Assembly: GCA_965153455.1 (NCBI GenBank)
Contig: OZ234493.1
Coordinates: 36,694,213 to 36,758,212, forward strand
From: Sphagnum compactum
Lineage: Eukaryota
Length of the DNA stretch: 64,000 bases
Direction of reading: 5' to 3'
The notes below the pieces were generated by a model. It saw only the letters and a program-made list of their open reading frames with translations. It searched no databases and had not been told where the DNA came from. The position numbers and the translations under genes are program-made. Shown in pieces: positions 11,879 to 25,339 of the stretch; positions within the stretch are counted from its first letter, which is position 1; every line of letters begins with the position of its first letter.

Positions 11879-13444
11879 ATCTGCTCGTAAAGCACTCGAA
11901 GAAAATTTGTTGTGTATGTGGAGGGCACTTTATATTCATGAATTTCTTTCCTAGAAATTGGGAGGGATATTATGCCTACTCCTCAAGGGTTTATTTGGGT
12001 TCATTCACAGTTGGGGTTTCAAAAGGGGAAAAAGGATTTAAGGATTTCTTAAAGTTACTTTTTATGAATAATATTTACATGAAACAAATTTAAGTGAGGA
12101 AAATTAAATAGTTCAATATAAGATAATTCATATGTTAATTGTGATTTTTTACATTCATACATAATTATATATGAATATTTTGGTTTAATACTAGACACGA
12201 ATAAAAATTCAAAAATTTTCAAAATGAGTTTCAATGGACAAGTGAACATGTTTTTTGGCAAGATTATTACTTGCACATGTGACCTGCATTTAAAATTAGA
12301 TATTTTGAACCCATTGATGATTTTAAAAATGAGTCTTTTGCCTTGTAACTCTTTTTTTCAAAATTTCAAAACTTTGAAGTTTTTGTATGATTTGATTTTT
12401 CATCAAATTCATCCAATGAACATGTATTTTCATAGAAAGGGGCATATTTTTGTTGTACAAAAAGTTTGAAATAAATTGTATGACTTTATGCATTCCTTTT
12501 GATTCTTGTTTAAAAAAATGAAATTGCGAAATTTTTTAGACTCCCGCAAATCCAACTCTAATTCGTGCCTAGGATTACAAGTAAAATCCAAAAGCATACT
12601 TGGGGTCAAACAAATGGCTTGTGTTTACGGTCTTCATGATGCTGCTTTATGCATTCAATTGTGCACCAAACTCGACTTGACTTGCCTTTCGTAATTTTCA
12701 TCGCCACAAGCTGAATCTCCTTTACCCATATTGTCATTTCTATCCATGGTTCAAGGATAAACAAATGATTTTACATCTTAAGTTCTAAAACAAAACAAAT
12801 ACTTTGTTTTTGTTTTTGTTTTTTTGTTTTGTTTTTATTAAACCTTCATCAACAAAAATTAAATTCCATAACACAAAGAATATAGACTCATTTCCTGGCA
12901 ACGGAACCAAAAGATGTAAATCACAAGCGGGTTTAGGACCAAAACTATGTATGTTTATTACATAGCTATGGAAATCTATGTTTTTGTTTGCATAAATGTT
13001 TTTTCACCTTTCTATTGCCTATATATAACTAGTATGCCACACCATTTTCCTACCATGGATTTCACATAAACTATACCAAAACTTTTCAAAACTAAAATCT
13101 CAATTCCCTTCACAATTCTATTCCATGAAACTTTACATTCATACAACAACTTATTTTTATCAAGTGAAGGTGTTTCATTTGAAACGTGGAAAAGGACCTA
13201 TTAACAATTCAATGTTAGAATTGTCAAGAGATGGGATATTATTCAAGAGAATGTCCAAACTTGCCGACCTTGTCTACCAGAGAAAACGTGGGTTCTTCTA
13301 CTTGAAGGTTTTCTGCAGAAAAGAAGGGCAAAACTTAAATACATTTAATTGAATTGATGAGTGAAGGGCGAGAAAAAACTTTGATGGGTTTAAGAAGGAA
13401 CTTCAAAATTCCTGAGAATGTGATGATGTCATGGCCCAAACTAA

Positions 13445-14820
13445 ATGACAAGTGGAAGACATTATTCATTTTGCGTCAGAAGGTTCAAGGAGATGGTGAG
13501 AGCCCCAAAAGAGAAGCAAAAAAGTCGAAGGCGAAGGTTTGGATTCCAAGACTTTCCAATTTTTAGAGATTCTGGTCCTTATTCGGTGGTGAAGGATGTG
13601 GGATCACAAAAGGCAAACATCACCGTTAGACAGTTGGTGGCAATGGTGTCGTTAGCAAGAAAGGAATTAAGGAAGGGGTTATCAACACCTACAGTCCCAA
13701 AGGTACGCACACCTTTGAATGCCATAGTAGTTGAACATGAATGTGATCCAATCATTGATGTGCAATGTAATGGATCAGTGTTGTGCGGAGTGTTGGTGGA
13801 CGGAGGGGTAAGAGTCAATGTGATGATAATTTCTGCAATGAAGTGCTTAGGGCTGAGAATTGATAGACTAGCCTTAGTAACCTTAAAAATGGCTAACAAA
13901 CGAGTTGTTAGACTAGAAGGAATAATTAATAGTGTTGTAGTCATTGTAATGAAGGTTTCCACCATTGTGGATTTCCATGTGGTATTAGAGGAAGATGAAG
14001 CTTACCCAATGATATTAGGTAAGCGTTGGTTAACAAAGTCACATGCAAGGAACCATTGGGGTGAAGGATACATGACCATTGGAATTCATCTTAGCCGACA
14101 GAAAGTTCCATTTACCAACTTTTGTGAAGAGCTCCGGAGGAACGAGTGAGTATGATGATGAATTAGAAACAAACCACAGCTCTAGCTTTGAAGGGATTTA
14201 CACAGATAATTCCAGTGAAGAAGAAGTAGGGTTATATGCTTTGGAAGTAATCCTCAATGTTTGAGCTTTGTTTGAGGCGGATCAAAAGGTTCGAGGGGAT
14301 GATGACCAATCAACTCCACGTGTGTTGACAAAGGAGAAATTGTGGAATGAATGAGTAAGATTCAATTAGGACCCAACTTTCGCCCTTAGGAAAGAAAGCA
14401 ATATGGAAATTTACTGCGTAAATATATCCATTTGTTTGCTTTTAGTTACAAGGACTTTAGGGAAATCACTATGGAACAACACAAAATTGAATTGTTACCA
14501 AATGCCAAACTGATCAGGACTAAGCAAGGGAGGTGGAATCCAAAGTACATTGCAATGGTGAAGGAGGAATTTGATAAATTGTTGAAGGCAGGGTTCATTA
14601 GACCTGTGGAGACAATCGAATGGGTTTCTCTTATGGTATTGCCATTAAAGAAAAACGGCAAGTTAAAGGTATGTGTTAATTACAAAGCTTTAAACAAAGT
14701 AATTAAGAAAGACCGATACCCTTTGCCATTTTGTGAAGAAATTGTGGAAGAAGTAGCAAGGTACGAGATGTACACATTCGGAGATGGGTACAGGGGCTAC
14801 CACCAAATGAAAATTCTTTT
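13445..14820 (+). pseudogene. Ty3/Gypsy pol relic: aspartic protease and N-terminal half of reverse transcriptase
   Basis: Protease-like VLVDGG..VNVM..ILGK.WL in ORF 13445-14149. RT motifs HKIEL, VKEE.DKLLKAGFIRP, KKNGKLKVCVNYKALNK, DRYPLP and GYHQ in ORF 14432-14851. Truncated before YxDD. Confidence 0.9.
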
Positions 14821-16019
14821 GGCCTCATGTGCTCTTACACTCCACACTTAGTCACAAACCTGATGTTAGGGTTGTGACACCAGATTTTATGTACATAAAT
14901 GTTTGTGATTGGGGTGAAGCCATGTGTTTGCAAGAGATGACACCATCATTGTATGGGTTTGCCAAGGAGCAAGATGCCACCAATGCAAGGAAAGTGTGTT
15001 GGTGGGTGGCCCTAAAATTAGGTTTTGTTTATAGTGAATCAAGAATTGAAATTCCCTTCAACAAATGACCAAGTAACACCAAACAACTTTGAGGTTTAAA
15101 GCATATTTGGTGGGCAAGCTAGCAAATGTCATATAAAGTGAAGATTACAATGCAAAAGATTTTGTGGACAATTCAATGAAGATGTCATTTGCGAAAATGA
15201 TCCATGACATGCATGAGCCAAATCCAGAGCCACAAAGAATTGTTCAACACATCGTGCACACATTGATGAAGCCTCCATACAATTGGACTGCACTTGACAA
15301 ATGTTATCGAAGGTAGCCATAGATAGTTTGTAGTTATCAAATGCAACCATAAATAGTTTGTAGTTGCTATAGATGAAATTTGGTGTAATTTGCATCATCT
15401 TTCAAAAATGACATGTTTTGGACTTGTGGATTTTATAAAACCTAATTTTGTCAAGGAATCATGTTGTCATGTGCAATCATATTTGAGATTTGTGAATCTA
15501 TTTTCTTTACACATTTGAAATTTGTGAATCTATGTTTTATAATGATGATATCTTTCTTGTAAACATAAGATACAATTATCACTTATAATCTTACACAAGT
15601 ATTATCCATTTGTCATCTATATTTTTCGATTATGGGTGATTGGACCTTCCATTGATAATGTCCTTCAATAAATGTTCTTATACAATTAATAAAAATCAAA
15701 TAATGAAAAAGAATCAATGGAAACCCATTTGAAGCAATATTTCTTAATGCAAATACAAGCCATTCATTTTTTTGACTTATTTTTTGGTTTCCATTTTTAT
15801 TTTCAATTGTGGGGATTTATATTGTACCCAAACTACATTATACATTTTTTTTGTTGAAATTTTTTTTGAAAGTAAAAAAGGTATTTTAACTCTCTAATAT
15901 TTTTGGAACAAAAATGAATTTGAAACAACCAAAAACCATTGGACGAAAACACTCAAACAATCCTTGTTTTCCATTGCCAAAAGGGTCATTGTCTAATGAT
16001 CAATCATATTGGCAGCCAA

Positions 16020-16390
16020 ATAGAATGGTGACGCAAAATGGTTTTTGATGATGGAAAAGTTGGCAATAAAAAATTCAACAATAGAAAATGTGGTGACCAA
16101 AAATTTTATGATCAAAAGTTGGCAATTAAAAGCTGAAAACTAAAAATTGTGGTGACTAAAAGTTGTGGCGATTAAAAACATGGTAATTGGAAAACTGGTG
16201 ATCAAAACCTTTGATGATTGAAATTTTGGCAATCAAATTCATGTGGTGACCCAAAATGTAGTGACCAAATTTTTATGGTGACCAAAAACCTAGCAACCAA
16301 ATACCTGTGGTGACTGAAATTTTGGCGATTAGATTCTTATGGTGGTCAAAACACATTTCAGTCACCACAAGGTTTACAACAACCAAAATG
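16020..16390. repeat. Degenerate ~20-bp repeat array (gtggtgaccaaaa-like), probably TE subterminal
   Basis: Recurrent gtggtgac/tggcaat..aaaa motifs. Confidence 0.55.
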
Positions 16391-18384
16391 GCTCTAGTTT
16401 TGATTGCTTGTAAACTTGCCTTGGGCAGCCCAAAATGCCATTTGATTTAGGTTGACCCAAGTTGACCCTATATTGACATGATGCAGGGCTTGCGTCTGCA
16501 TCCAGATGCATCTATTGCGTCGTGGCGGGCACACAGACATGATGACAACCCTACATTCTATGGACATTTTGTAGAACTACATGATCCAACACTTGAACTA
16601 CATTGCATATTGTGCATCCCATGGATGTCCTTGTACCTAAGGTTTTCAACCCAAATTCAACTTTCAACCCAAGTTCAAAGCATTTGATTGACATTTCATA
16701 ACACTTTCAAATGTTTTAGATTCTTCCTACTCTTTGTATAAAGGTTTGAATTGGGTTTCTCCCATTTACCTTCAAACCTTTTTTACCTATCTTGCAACCT
16801 TCATAGTTTTTTTAGATCACAAAAATTCTTTCATGTTTACAATTTTTGAATCTCAAGGTGCAATTTATTTAAAAAATCTTTGCTTTTGTTTGGATTATGT
16901 GATTTTCCATTTTGGGAAATATATTTCCAACTACACTATGTATGTCACCATTCACTACTTGTGTTCTTGAGGTATGGTTCAAGCTTCACAAAAATTTCAT
17001 TATCATCCACAACTTTGAATTTTCCAACCATAAGTCCCCATAGAGTAATCCAATTTGAAGGAGCCAAGTTTAGACGCTTGAACCATTCCTTCAGTTTACC
17101 ATTCAGGTTCAAATTGGTTAATTGAATAAGTTGTCAACATTGAGATCATGCACATCTACTATTATCTCTAGATTTTCACGCCACTCTTGCATACCTTCAT
17201 GTTCTTTTCCAAAAAATAGTTAGTCTAATTTCTTACTTCCACTTTATGATGTATTATTTTAACTAACAACTCTCCACTAGGCTCACAATTTTCTTTCATA
17301 CAAAACCTCAGCAATTGCCATGGATCTCCATGTTGGAATTTCATTTGGTTCATGTGTCAGACCTAACACATCATCTTGGCTTTCCTTCCTATTGATTTAG
17401 TGTGCAAAATCCAATCTCCCAGATTAAAACTTGTTTCCAAAGTTGGTTGTAAAACCACATATTTCCAAAGATGTGTCCCACACCAATTACTATTTAGATG
17501 TCATCAACACATGGAACAAAATCTTCTTGCTTGTAAATCCTGACTATACGTTTAGGTGAATGGGTGCCTAAATGTGAAGCAATGTTTAATCAAAATTCCC
17601 TAGGTGTTTTTTGTCCTTTGCCTTCATTATCAACATTGATCCAAATTGTAACTTTTCTATAAAAACCATTACGCACAATGCTAACCACCACATCTCCTAC
17701 TTGTGAATCATCAAAGTCAAAGCTAAAGTAGTCAAGATTCACAAATCCGATAATGTACAAGATCAACACTTCGTATTTTAGTCACCTTTGAAAGCTCTCA
17801 CTATTAAATCATTCTATTGTAACTCATGAACTTATCTTGTAATTTCATGTCTCACCTTACATAAACTATTTCTAACCTATCCTTTATCTAATAAGAAAAA
17901 ACGCCAAATTTAGCTTTGATCTCAAAATGGAGGGTGTTGAAGCTCTTTTCACCTAAACCCAACAACTCATCTTGAGTTCTTTTTTCTAAACTTAACTTTC
18001 GATCTTTAAACGTAACTACTTCACTCAAAGTGGTTGTCCATATTGTTTGTCCAACACTCTTTGCAAGATGTGTTAAAAGTCCTAAATCACATCGAGCCAT
18101 AACCATCACCTATCCAAGATTTATTAACCCTCTCAATTTTATCGCCTCAACTTTTACCTTTGTCTCTCTATACTTACATTAGGCCCCATTTCCTTTTTCT
18201 TTACTAGTGCCACCAAGATTATACCCACTTTTTGACCTTCAACTCCTAGTCATTCTCTCAGCAGCTCTCAACTTTGATCCCATCTATTCAAGACACCATG
18301 ATAAGATGGCATTTGTATCTATAGAATTGCAACAAAAGAAAATCACAAAAGCATGCCATCTCACACAAAATTTTGATAAAAAAG

Positions 18385-18409
18385 ACACACACACACACAC
18401 ACACACACA
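18385..18409. repeat. (CA)n microsatellite
   Basis: Direct reading of the sequence. Confidence 0.9.
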
Positions 18410-18899
18410 TATTTCCTGACTTTTGCCAAAAACTCAAAATTTCAAAACAAGTACATTGAAGCTCTCTACATCCTATCCATGTTGACATGAGCCATTCCTT
18501 TACTTCACTCCACAACCCAAGGTTCATAGTGTGCCAACCCCTACTCTCGCACACAAAAAGATTGTCTACTGTCCTCATATTGTCCTTCTTAGTTCCTTCT
18601 TTTCCGTTGATTCCTTATTCAGATCCATGGTTAAGGAAATCCTAGGAGCCTTCTTTAGAAGCTTCCATGATCCATGTAAAACCTTCCTCAATAAGCCTCT
18701 TCAAAAATTAATTACCTTCATAACTCAGTATAGGTATCAAAATTAATCAGCAATCTTGATGACCCTTCTTGATTACTCACCTATGCCATCAAAATTTGAG
18801 AAACAATAGTGTTGAGTAACCTAATTCAGTGTTACATGTGTACCACCCCCCTTGTTGAGTCATTTCTGCCCCTCACAATAGAAACTCATTCAAGTTTCA

Positions 18900-20000
18900 C
18901 ACTGGGATAAACCTAAGCTCTAACGCTAAAATTGGGATATTTCTTCCCGAGTGCTCCCATACATGTCCATCAAAAATGTTGTAAGATACATTCTCCCTTC
19001 TTCATTAGTTTGTTGAGAGTCCACACTATGAAGGATATGTCTTACAAACTGATATGGACCCTCCCAGGACGATTCCAAACCCTTCTTTCTAAGCTTCAGA
19101 ATCTTCACCCGTGTCTCTTGGGGCAGCAGGCTAGCAAACAGTTGTTTCTTTTTCCTTACTGCATATAATTTCTTTTGTCTCTTCTGTGCCTCAAACCACT
19201 TTTTTTTTCAGAATTGAAGCATGCATATGTTCCATGACCATTTGTTGCATTATCTAGGTTGCAAATTGGTCACCTCCCTCTTCATGCTCCAACACCTTGG
19301 TCATCTTTTATATCGAATTATATATCTTCGAGGCAGCCCATTTTTCCCATCAAAATCATGTATGTTGAAAATTTTATGCTGGATTGAATGCTGCATTGGT
19401 ATCCAACAAAACTTTGGGCAATGGATGGTTCTAGTTTCACTTATTTTGGGGCTGTGGCCATGGTTCCCAATCTGTGCTACAAGGTTTGAATTATATGCTT
19501 TACCATTGCATTGCAGATGGGTAGGAGTTGTGTGTTGGTGTTCAATCCCATATGCCTGACAAAAATAAACAAAACTTCGGGCAATGCATGGTTCTAGTTT
19601 CACTCATATTTATGGCTGTGGCCATGGTTACCAATCTGTGCTTCAAGGTTTGAATTATATGCTTTACCATTGTATTGCAGATGGGTAGGAGTTGTGTGTT
19701 GGTGTTCCCATATGCCTGACAAAAATCTATGAATTCCCCTTCCTGTTTGCTTCCATTGTTGGTGGCATAATGTAGCGCCCCAAACCTACATATGCTCACT
19801 CTTGAAAATTTTTGCACCAGATAAAGCTCCATGGTCCCAAATTGCTTTAGCTTGAACCCATTTAGAGGTGCAGTCCAAGGCCACTAACCTATATTTTTTT
19901 GCCACTCTTAATCTCTGGTAGAGGATATGCTGAAGGGCACTAACCCACATACTTTTTGCCACTCTTAATCTCTGGTAGAGGACCTGCTGCATCCAACACA
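18900..20000 (-). pseudogene. LTR-retrotransposon integrase relic with internal duplications
   Basis: KYRLVALDCTSKWVQAKA, TNNGSKQEGEF.DFCQAYGIEHQHTTP...QCNG, and the C-terminal SWEGPY (GPY/F) motif. Duplicated ~160-bp and ~60-bp blocks. Confidence 0.8.
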
Positions 20001-20838
20001 ACCCTAAAGAAAAATCGGCAAACTAGTATGCTGTGTAATTTTTCTTCTACCCATTTCTATTCTCTGCCTTCTCCATCATCTGCAGTTCCCTGCATGCCCT
20101 AACCACCTTTTCACAGTGTTGAATCTATTGTCCCAATTTTATTAGCATTAATTATTCAACAATTCAATGGCAAATATTCAAAATTTTCTACCTTTCGATG
20201 AATGATGTACATGCAAAATATTTCATAAATAATTAGCAGCTTAAAAGTTTTAAAACAGTGATGAGAAGATTCATTTTTAGGTCACTTCGTTGTTGAAAAC
20301 CACTCTGTACTACAAACTTCTATGTGTGAACAGAGTTTTTAAGGTACGTAACTGTCAATAAGCAATTTTATAAGAACAAACTGAAATTAGTTTTGAAATG
20401 AGCATTAAAAAAATCATGTGAAAAAGATCATACTGCAGTACAATTAATTGGCAAAGGTTGCCAGCTCTCATATTAATGTACACATTAATTTGGTGTATGT
20501 AATTTTCTGACTTACACAAAATAGGGAACATTGTTTAGTGTACACATGGTGCAAAATCCAACAAATGGATTTTACACCCTAGTGTGAAATTTGTATGGGG
20601 CAACTCTAAAAATTCAATAGTTGCAAAGTCTAACGATGAATGTCATCATTGGAGTCATGCTACCCACTGCTGTTGTTGCAGCGCATGAAATTACTAAACC
20701 GCTAGAGGGTAAGTAAATTCACTAAAAAAACTCCATCCCAATATAACCACCCTGTTCAAGGACGACAAATTAAGGTCCAGTTGATCATCAATTCTGGTTG
20801 AGAAAGGAGGATGCGCACATCACTATGATGTGCACTGG

Positions 20839-23800
20839 CTAAATAGGATGCATTACAACATGCGTCATATGGTACACGTCCACACTCCTCACAGTAACAG
20901 GAGTTGTGCCATTGTTGAAGAGATAGAGGTTTGCAAGGTTGTCAACTGCCACTCTTGGATATACCCTTGAAGTGATTGCCATCCGCCCACCTTGCACAAA
21001 GCTTTCCACTATTGAACGGTCAACCTGGAGGGAAATGAAGAACAGGTCCTGTTAGCAGCCATGGAAAAGAGAAGAGAGCAAGAGTATTTAAAATTCAAAG
21101 GAATCTTGCAATACTGAAATACACCCGAAAGAATTTTTTTTCAGAAGGTAGATATTCTCATCATGGCTGCAAGCATTTGTTTACTTCTGAGAGAGGGAAT
21201 TGAGGGAGGGGTGAGAAGCTCACAAGTACACGGACTGACAGAAAATCCTCTGTGGGCAGAACTATCACATGACTGCCATAGACTGTGGTGTCAATGCCTT
21301 GTAGCAAGGATGATCTGCACAATACAAATTGCAACCAATCAGGTTTCCTTCCTTTCTCTCCATATTCTGTATATTTCCTGCAGGATTGCAGTATGTTTCA
21401 TTGTCATAGACTTCAAGAAGAACAGGAGATTGTGGCCATAAAAGATGAAGTGAGTATTTTCTTTGGAACTGAAATATTACCTGCTCTGGTCACTGCAAAA
21501 TCTTGTGGTCCATTGACCGTCATTTGTATGCGCAAGATAGAAAAAGAGAGCGGTTTGTTCCTGGAAATCATTGTCTGTTAAGACAAGCAAACCAAAAGGT
21601 CCCAGGACACCACGATGTGCAGATCCACCTTGACTGCAATCGAAATTGTCATCGAAGCTGGCTTCCTCTACAACACCCACAGCTGATATATTTGGGTACT
21701 CAAAAACTACCTCGACATCCAACTGCACATCAACCCATTCAATCAACAAAACAATGAGTGTCAGACTCTTGAAAACTTGAAGATTTTGATGGATGTTTTA
21801 AAAAGTTACTTATAATAAGCCTCTTTGAATTCCTGAAGAAAAATCATTTTACTGCAAAAGAAAATACTGAGATGAGATGTAAGAGAAAGTCCTTTCAATT
21901 CTGGGATTTTTTGTCCTCTCACCTGACCACCTGCAGCACTTTCCACTTCCACAACAGCACCTGCATCAAGCTGCAAATCTGTCATTGACAGCTTTGCCCC
22001 CCTCAGTGCATCTACTTCCTCAATTGGCCACTGTATGAGGCTAACATCCGTCTTACTGTCTAGGGTAACAGTCCTTGGAATTCCCTGCAGAAATTGCAAA
22101 CACAGAAGAATTGGTGAGAAACAAAATCCTCAAGACTCAGTGAGAAAGAAAATCCTCAAAACTTATCAGTGAGAAAACTCTCAAGAAGCAGTGAGAAATG
22201 CTCAAGAATCAGTAAGAGATGCTAAAAATTTCCTGAAGAACCAGTGAAAAATCCTCAAGACTATCAGTGACAAAACAATAAAAATCAGTGAGAAATGATC
22301 AAAATTCCTCAAGAATATATCGGTGAGAAGTGCTAATACACCCTCAAAAATCAGTGAGAGATGCTAAAAGATCCTCAAGAATCCGTGAGGAATGATGCTA
22401 AGGAATAACATCGAGATACTACACAATTTCTTCAAGTCCATAACAGACAGTTGGGAGGGGAGGCCAATCCTTACCAGAACGGAGGACCATCCCTTGGCGA
22501 TGTCCATGGCTTCAGTGTCCGATTCGTTCACCCAGGCCCAGACAACATGTCTGTTCTTGACGGGATCATAGAGCGACTTGGAGGCGTAGTACTTGCCGTA
22601 GTCGTAGCGGAATCCAGACCCGACATCGCGCTTGGGATCATCGGGAATAAACTTCTGAGCAACTTCATCATATGTGCCAATCGTATAGTAGTCGTGCTTG
22701 TCGGCGACCATGCTTGTTTTGAAGACGTATTTCTGAGTGCCCGACGAGACCGTAGAAGGCGTGTCGTAATCTACGGGGAAGAAATCCACGCACTCCCACA
22801 TCCCCGATTCAGGCAACGTGTGCAACAGAGTGTCTTGCAACTCCCATTTAATCAGATCTTTGCTCTTGTACTGCAACGCCCTGCCACTACTCCCTACAAC
22901 TGCACCCACTGTGAACACCCAGCTGCCATCTTTCAGTCGCCACGCAGTTGTTGGATCCCTCATGTCCTGCTCGCCCACATCTTTAGGATGTTTCACTATC
23001 GGATTCTGCTTCACTTTGACCCACTTCCTGAGAAGAGGATCCTCGGGGTCAGCCGGCACTGCCATGTTTTGCGTCTGCTCGTTCCAGTGACCAGTCTCAT
23101 TGGAACCCCCTGTCACACAACAACTAAATATATTCAGTCTCAAAATCTCTCCCCTCTCACGCAAACACAATTTTTGCTGGTAAGATCACTGTAGTAGTTG
23201 ACATCTCGCAAGGATCTCGTGGGATTTGCGTGTGTGATACAACAGAATTTGCTACGATTGCAAAGAACTCAAGCAGAGAAGAAAAGCCCCCCAGGTGGTG
23301 GGCTCAAACAGAGTTGTGCAGGAATCTATGACCAATCCATAGAATATTTTCTTGAAGGAAAACGAAGGGTGGGTGTCCACTGTCATAGAGAAACATGTTG
23401 CTACTACTGCATATGCCGCTCCTCCAGAGTCCTTACCTGTGTAGAGAATGAAGGGGACGTCATCCGGGCCGATAGTAGCTGAGCCTGACCATACTCCCAT
23501 GTCGTCATACCACTGATCAGGCTCCAAAGCATTTTCCAAGTAGAGCCAGTGAATCAGATCTGTGGAGACAGCATGACCCCAAGCGATGTGGCCCCACACT
23601 GCTGCATCAGGATTGTACTGGTAGAACAAATGGTAGTATCCCTTGTAGTACATGGGAGCTGCAAACAGAAAAAAACACACAAGCTCGGTTACTTCACTCG
23701 AGAAAATTCCTCAAAACAGCTGTTCGCTGGTGCTGCAACGATACTTTTATGCTCGAACAAGGTTCTTCCACTGATGGGTCTCTTCTAGATTTTGAAGGAA

Positions 23801-24485
23801 GAATTGCAACTGAATCTCTGAAAATTCAAAACAAAGAAACCCAAGAAAATTCTTCCAGAGGAATATGGGTGCTTACCATTCGGATCTACAGATCAAGCCA
23901 TCAGAAGTCCAACCGCGCCACACATGCCACAGCAAACAAGAACCCATTTCATCAGTTTTTTCAATCCAGAGAGAAACTCGCTACAAATCGTTTCCAGTTG
24001 ATCAAGCACATGTATGGCATCATCGTCTCTCTCTCTCTCTCTCTCCCCAGACTCAAGGTGCGGAAAACACAGGGGATCCCAAGGTCATGGGAAGGGGGGA
24101 CCAATTCTTTTGGCTTACCGTTCATCCAATTCTTGGCAGGCTGGTAGTGGTACGAAGTCCTGTGCGGCTGCTGCAGAGCCTCCTCACCCCGGAGATTCAC
24201 AGAGCTGAGAGGGGAATTGAAGGAAAACGTCCCAGGCACTGCGCCCTTCGTCACCAGCGCCTCAATGCGCGGGTACAGACTCACTGCCCCGTACAACGCC
24301 GCTAGGAAACAACAGATTGTTATGAAAACCGTCGACGCAATTCGCAACGCTCTTCTCTCCCGATTTGTTACTGCTGCTTCTGGCGATTCCGCTAATCCCA
24401 CGTAATAATCACCACTCCCTCCGGCAACTCTATCCAAAAGGCCGCTCTCAAGATCAGCAATCTGTGTCTTCTCCTCGGATCCCAT
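20839..24485 (-). CDS. GH32 acid beta-fructofuranosidase family protein (vacuolar invertase-like / possible fructan-active enzyme), 8 exons, 637 aa
   Basis: Exons 24485-24119, 23885-23877, 23658-23437, 23109-22475, 22084-21923, 21722-21481, 21314-21224 and 21024-20839. All introns are GT-AG with consistent phases; total 1914 nt with no internal stop. Motifs: HYQP, WMNDPNA, WGHAVS, WSGS, RDP, WECVD, YASKS, and a C-terminal VDRSIVESF beta-sandwich. Confidence 0.96.
22110..22395. repeat. Degenerate ~20-25-bp minisatellite in intron 4 of the GH32 gene
   Basis: About a dozen variants of aaatcctcaaga.tcagtgaga. Confidence 0.75.
23877..23885 (-). other. 9-nt micro-exon (ATCCGAATG) completing NDPN of the GH32 catalytic motif
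   Basis: tgtag|ATCCGAATG|gtaagc on the minus strand. It joins exon 1 (..AAC G) and exon 3 (CT CCC ATG) to give W-M-N-D-P-N-A-P-M. Confidence 0.93.
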
Positions 24486-24749
24486 CTTCTCCGCACTCAA
24501 CAACAGCTTCGAGTTCGCAACTCCCAATCTCGAGGGGAAAAAAACAGAATAAAAAATCTGCTCTCTGAACCCAACAAGTCTCTCTCCCCAATCCTGAAAC
24601 AGCAGAATCAATCCAGCGCTCAACCAGAAGACACACCAAATTGAACGACCAAAGCCCGCGCAAAATTTCCCCCCACAAAAATCCCAAAATAGAACCAAAA
24701 CACAACAGAACTCCCTGTCCTCTCTCCTCTCCTCAGCGAACACAGTCAC

Positions 24750-25260
24750 GAAAGCAAAAACGCAAAAGCAATGGAGAAGACAATTAGCAGAGAGGAAAGC
24801 CGCCGCAAATGCGTAATAGTGTAACAGAGGCGTCAGCAGCAGCAGCGCAGACGTCTAACAAGGAGAGACTGAAGACCGAGAGGAGGAAGAAGAAGAATTG
24901 GGAGACTTGTTTGAGAAACTGCACTGACTTGGCTTCCTTTTAAAGCTAATCCTAATTGCTGTGTTTGTGTGGGGACACCATCCACGCACACATAAAACTA
25001 AAGGTCCCACTCCAGTGAGCGAGTTCAGGAACGGCCTTCCCTTCCTTCGACTGCCGTGCCGCCGGAGCTCACGTAGGAACCGACGAAGCAGCTCGTCAGG
25101 AACGTCGCCCCTCAGAAGGGACTAAGAAAGAAGAAGAAGAAGAAGAAGTCCCGCCTGCCGGTCGCTCAGCCCCAGCTTCTTACCCGTCGGTCAAAAAACC
25201 TACTTCTTGCACGTCAGAACTGTTGCCCATAATATCCAAAGTTTGACCGCTGGACTCTGG
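24750..25260 (-). promoter_or_regulatory. Probable 5' UTR/proximal promoter of the GH32 gene
   Basis: CpG-retaining region directly upstream of the CDS, with (CTT)n tracts on the sense strand and ACGT cores near 25070 and 25210. TSS not determinable. Confidence 0.45.
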
Positions 25261-25339
25261 AGGTGTCGAATGGTAAATTAGTTTTACCAACTAGAAAAAA
25301 TAAAAATAAAAATCTTGTACATACAAAGTATGGCCAGTG

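Noticed and set aside
22451-23194. 247-aa plus-strand ORF
   Set aside because: Antisense shadow of GC-rich GH32 exon 4; no recognisable domain.
24486-24749. N-terminal extension of ORF 23961-24749
   Set aside because: It starts at a non-ATG codon and looks like UTR/intron sequence (pyrimidine tract and AG at ~24529). MGSEEK at 24485 is the first ATG.
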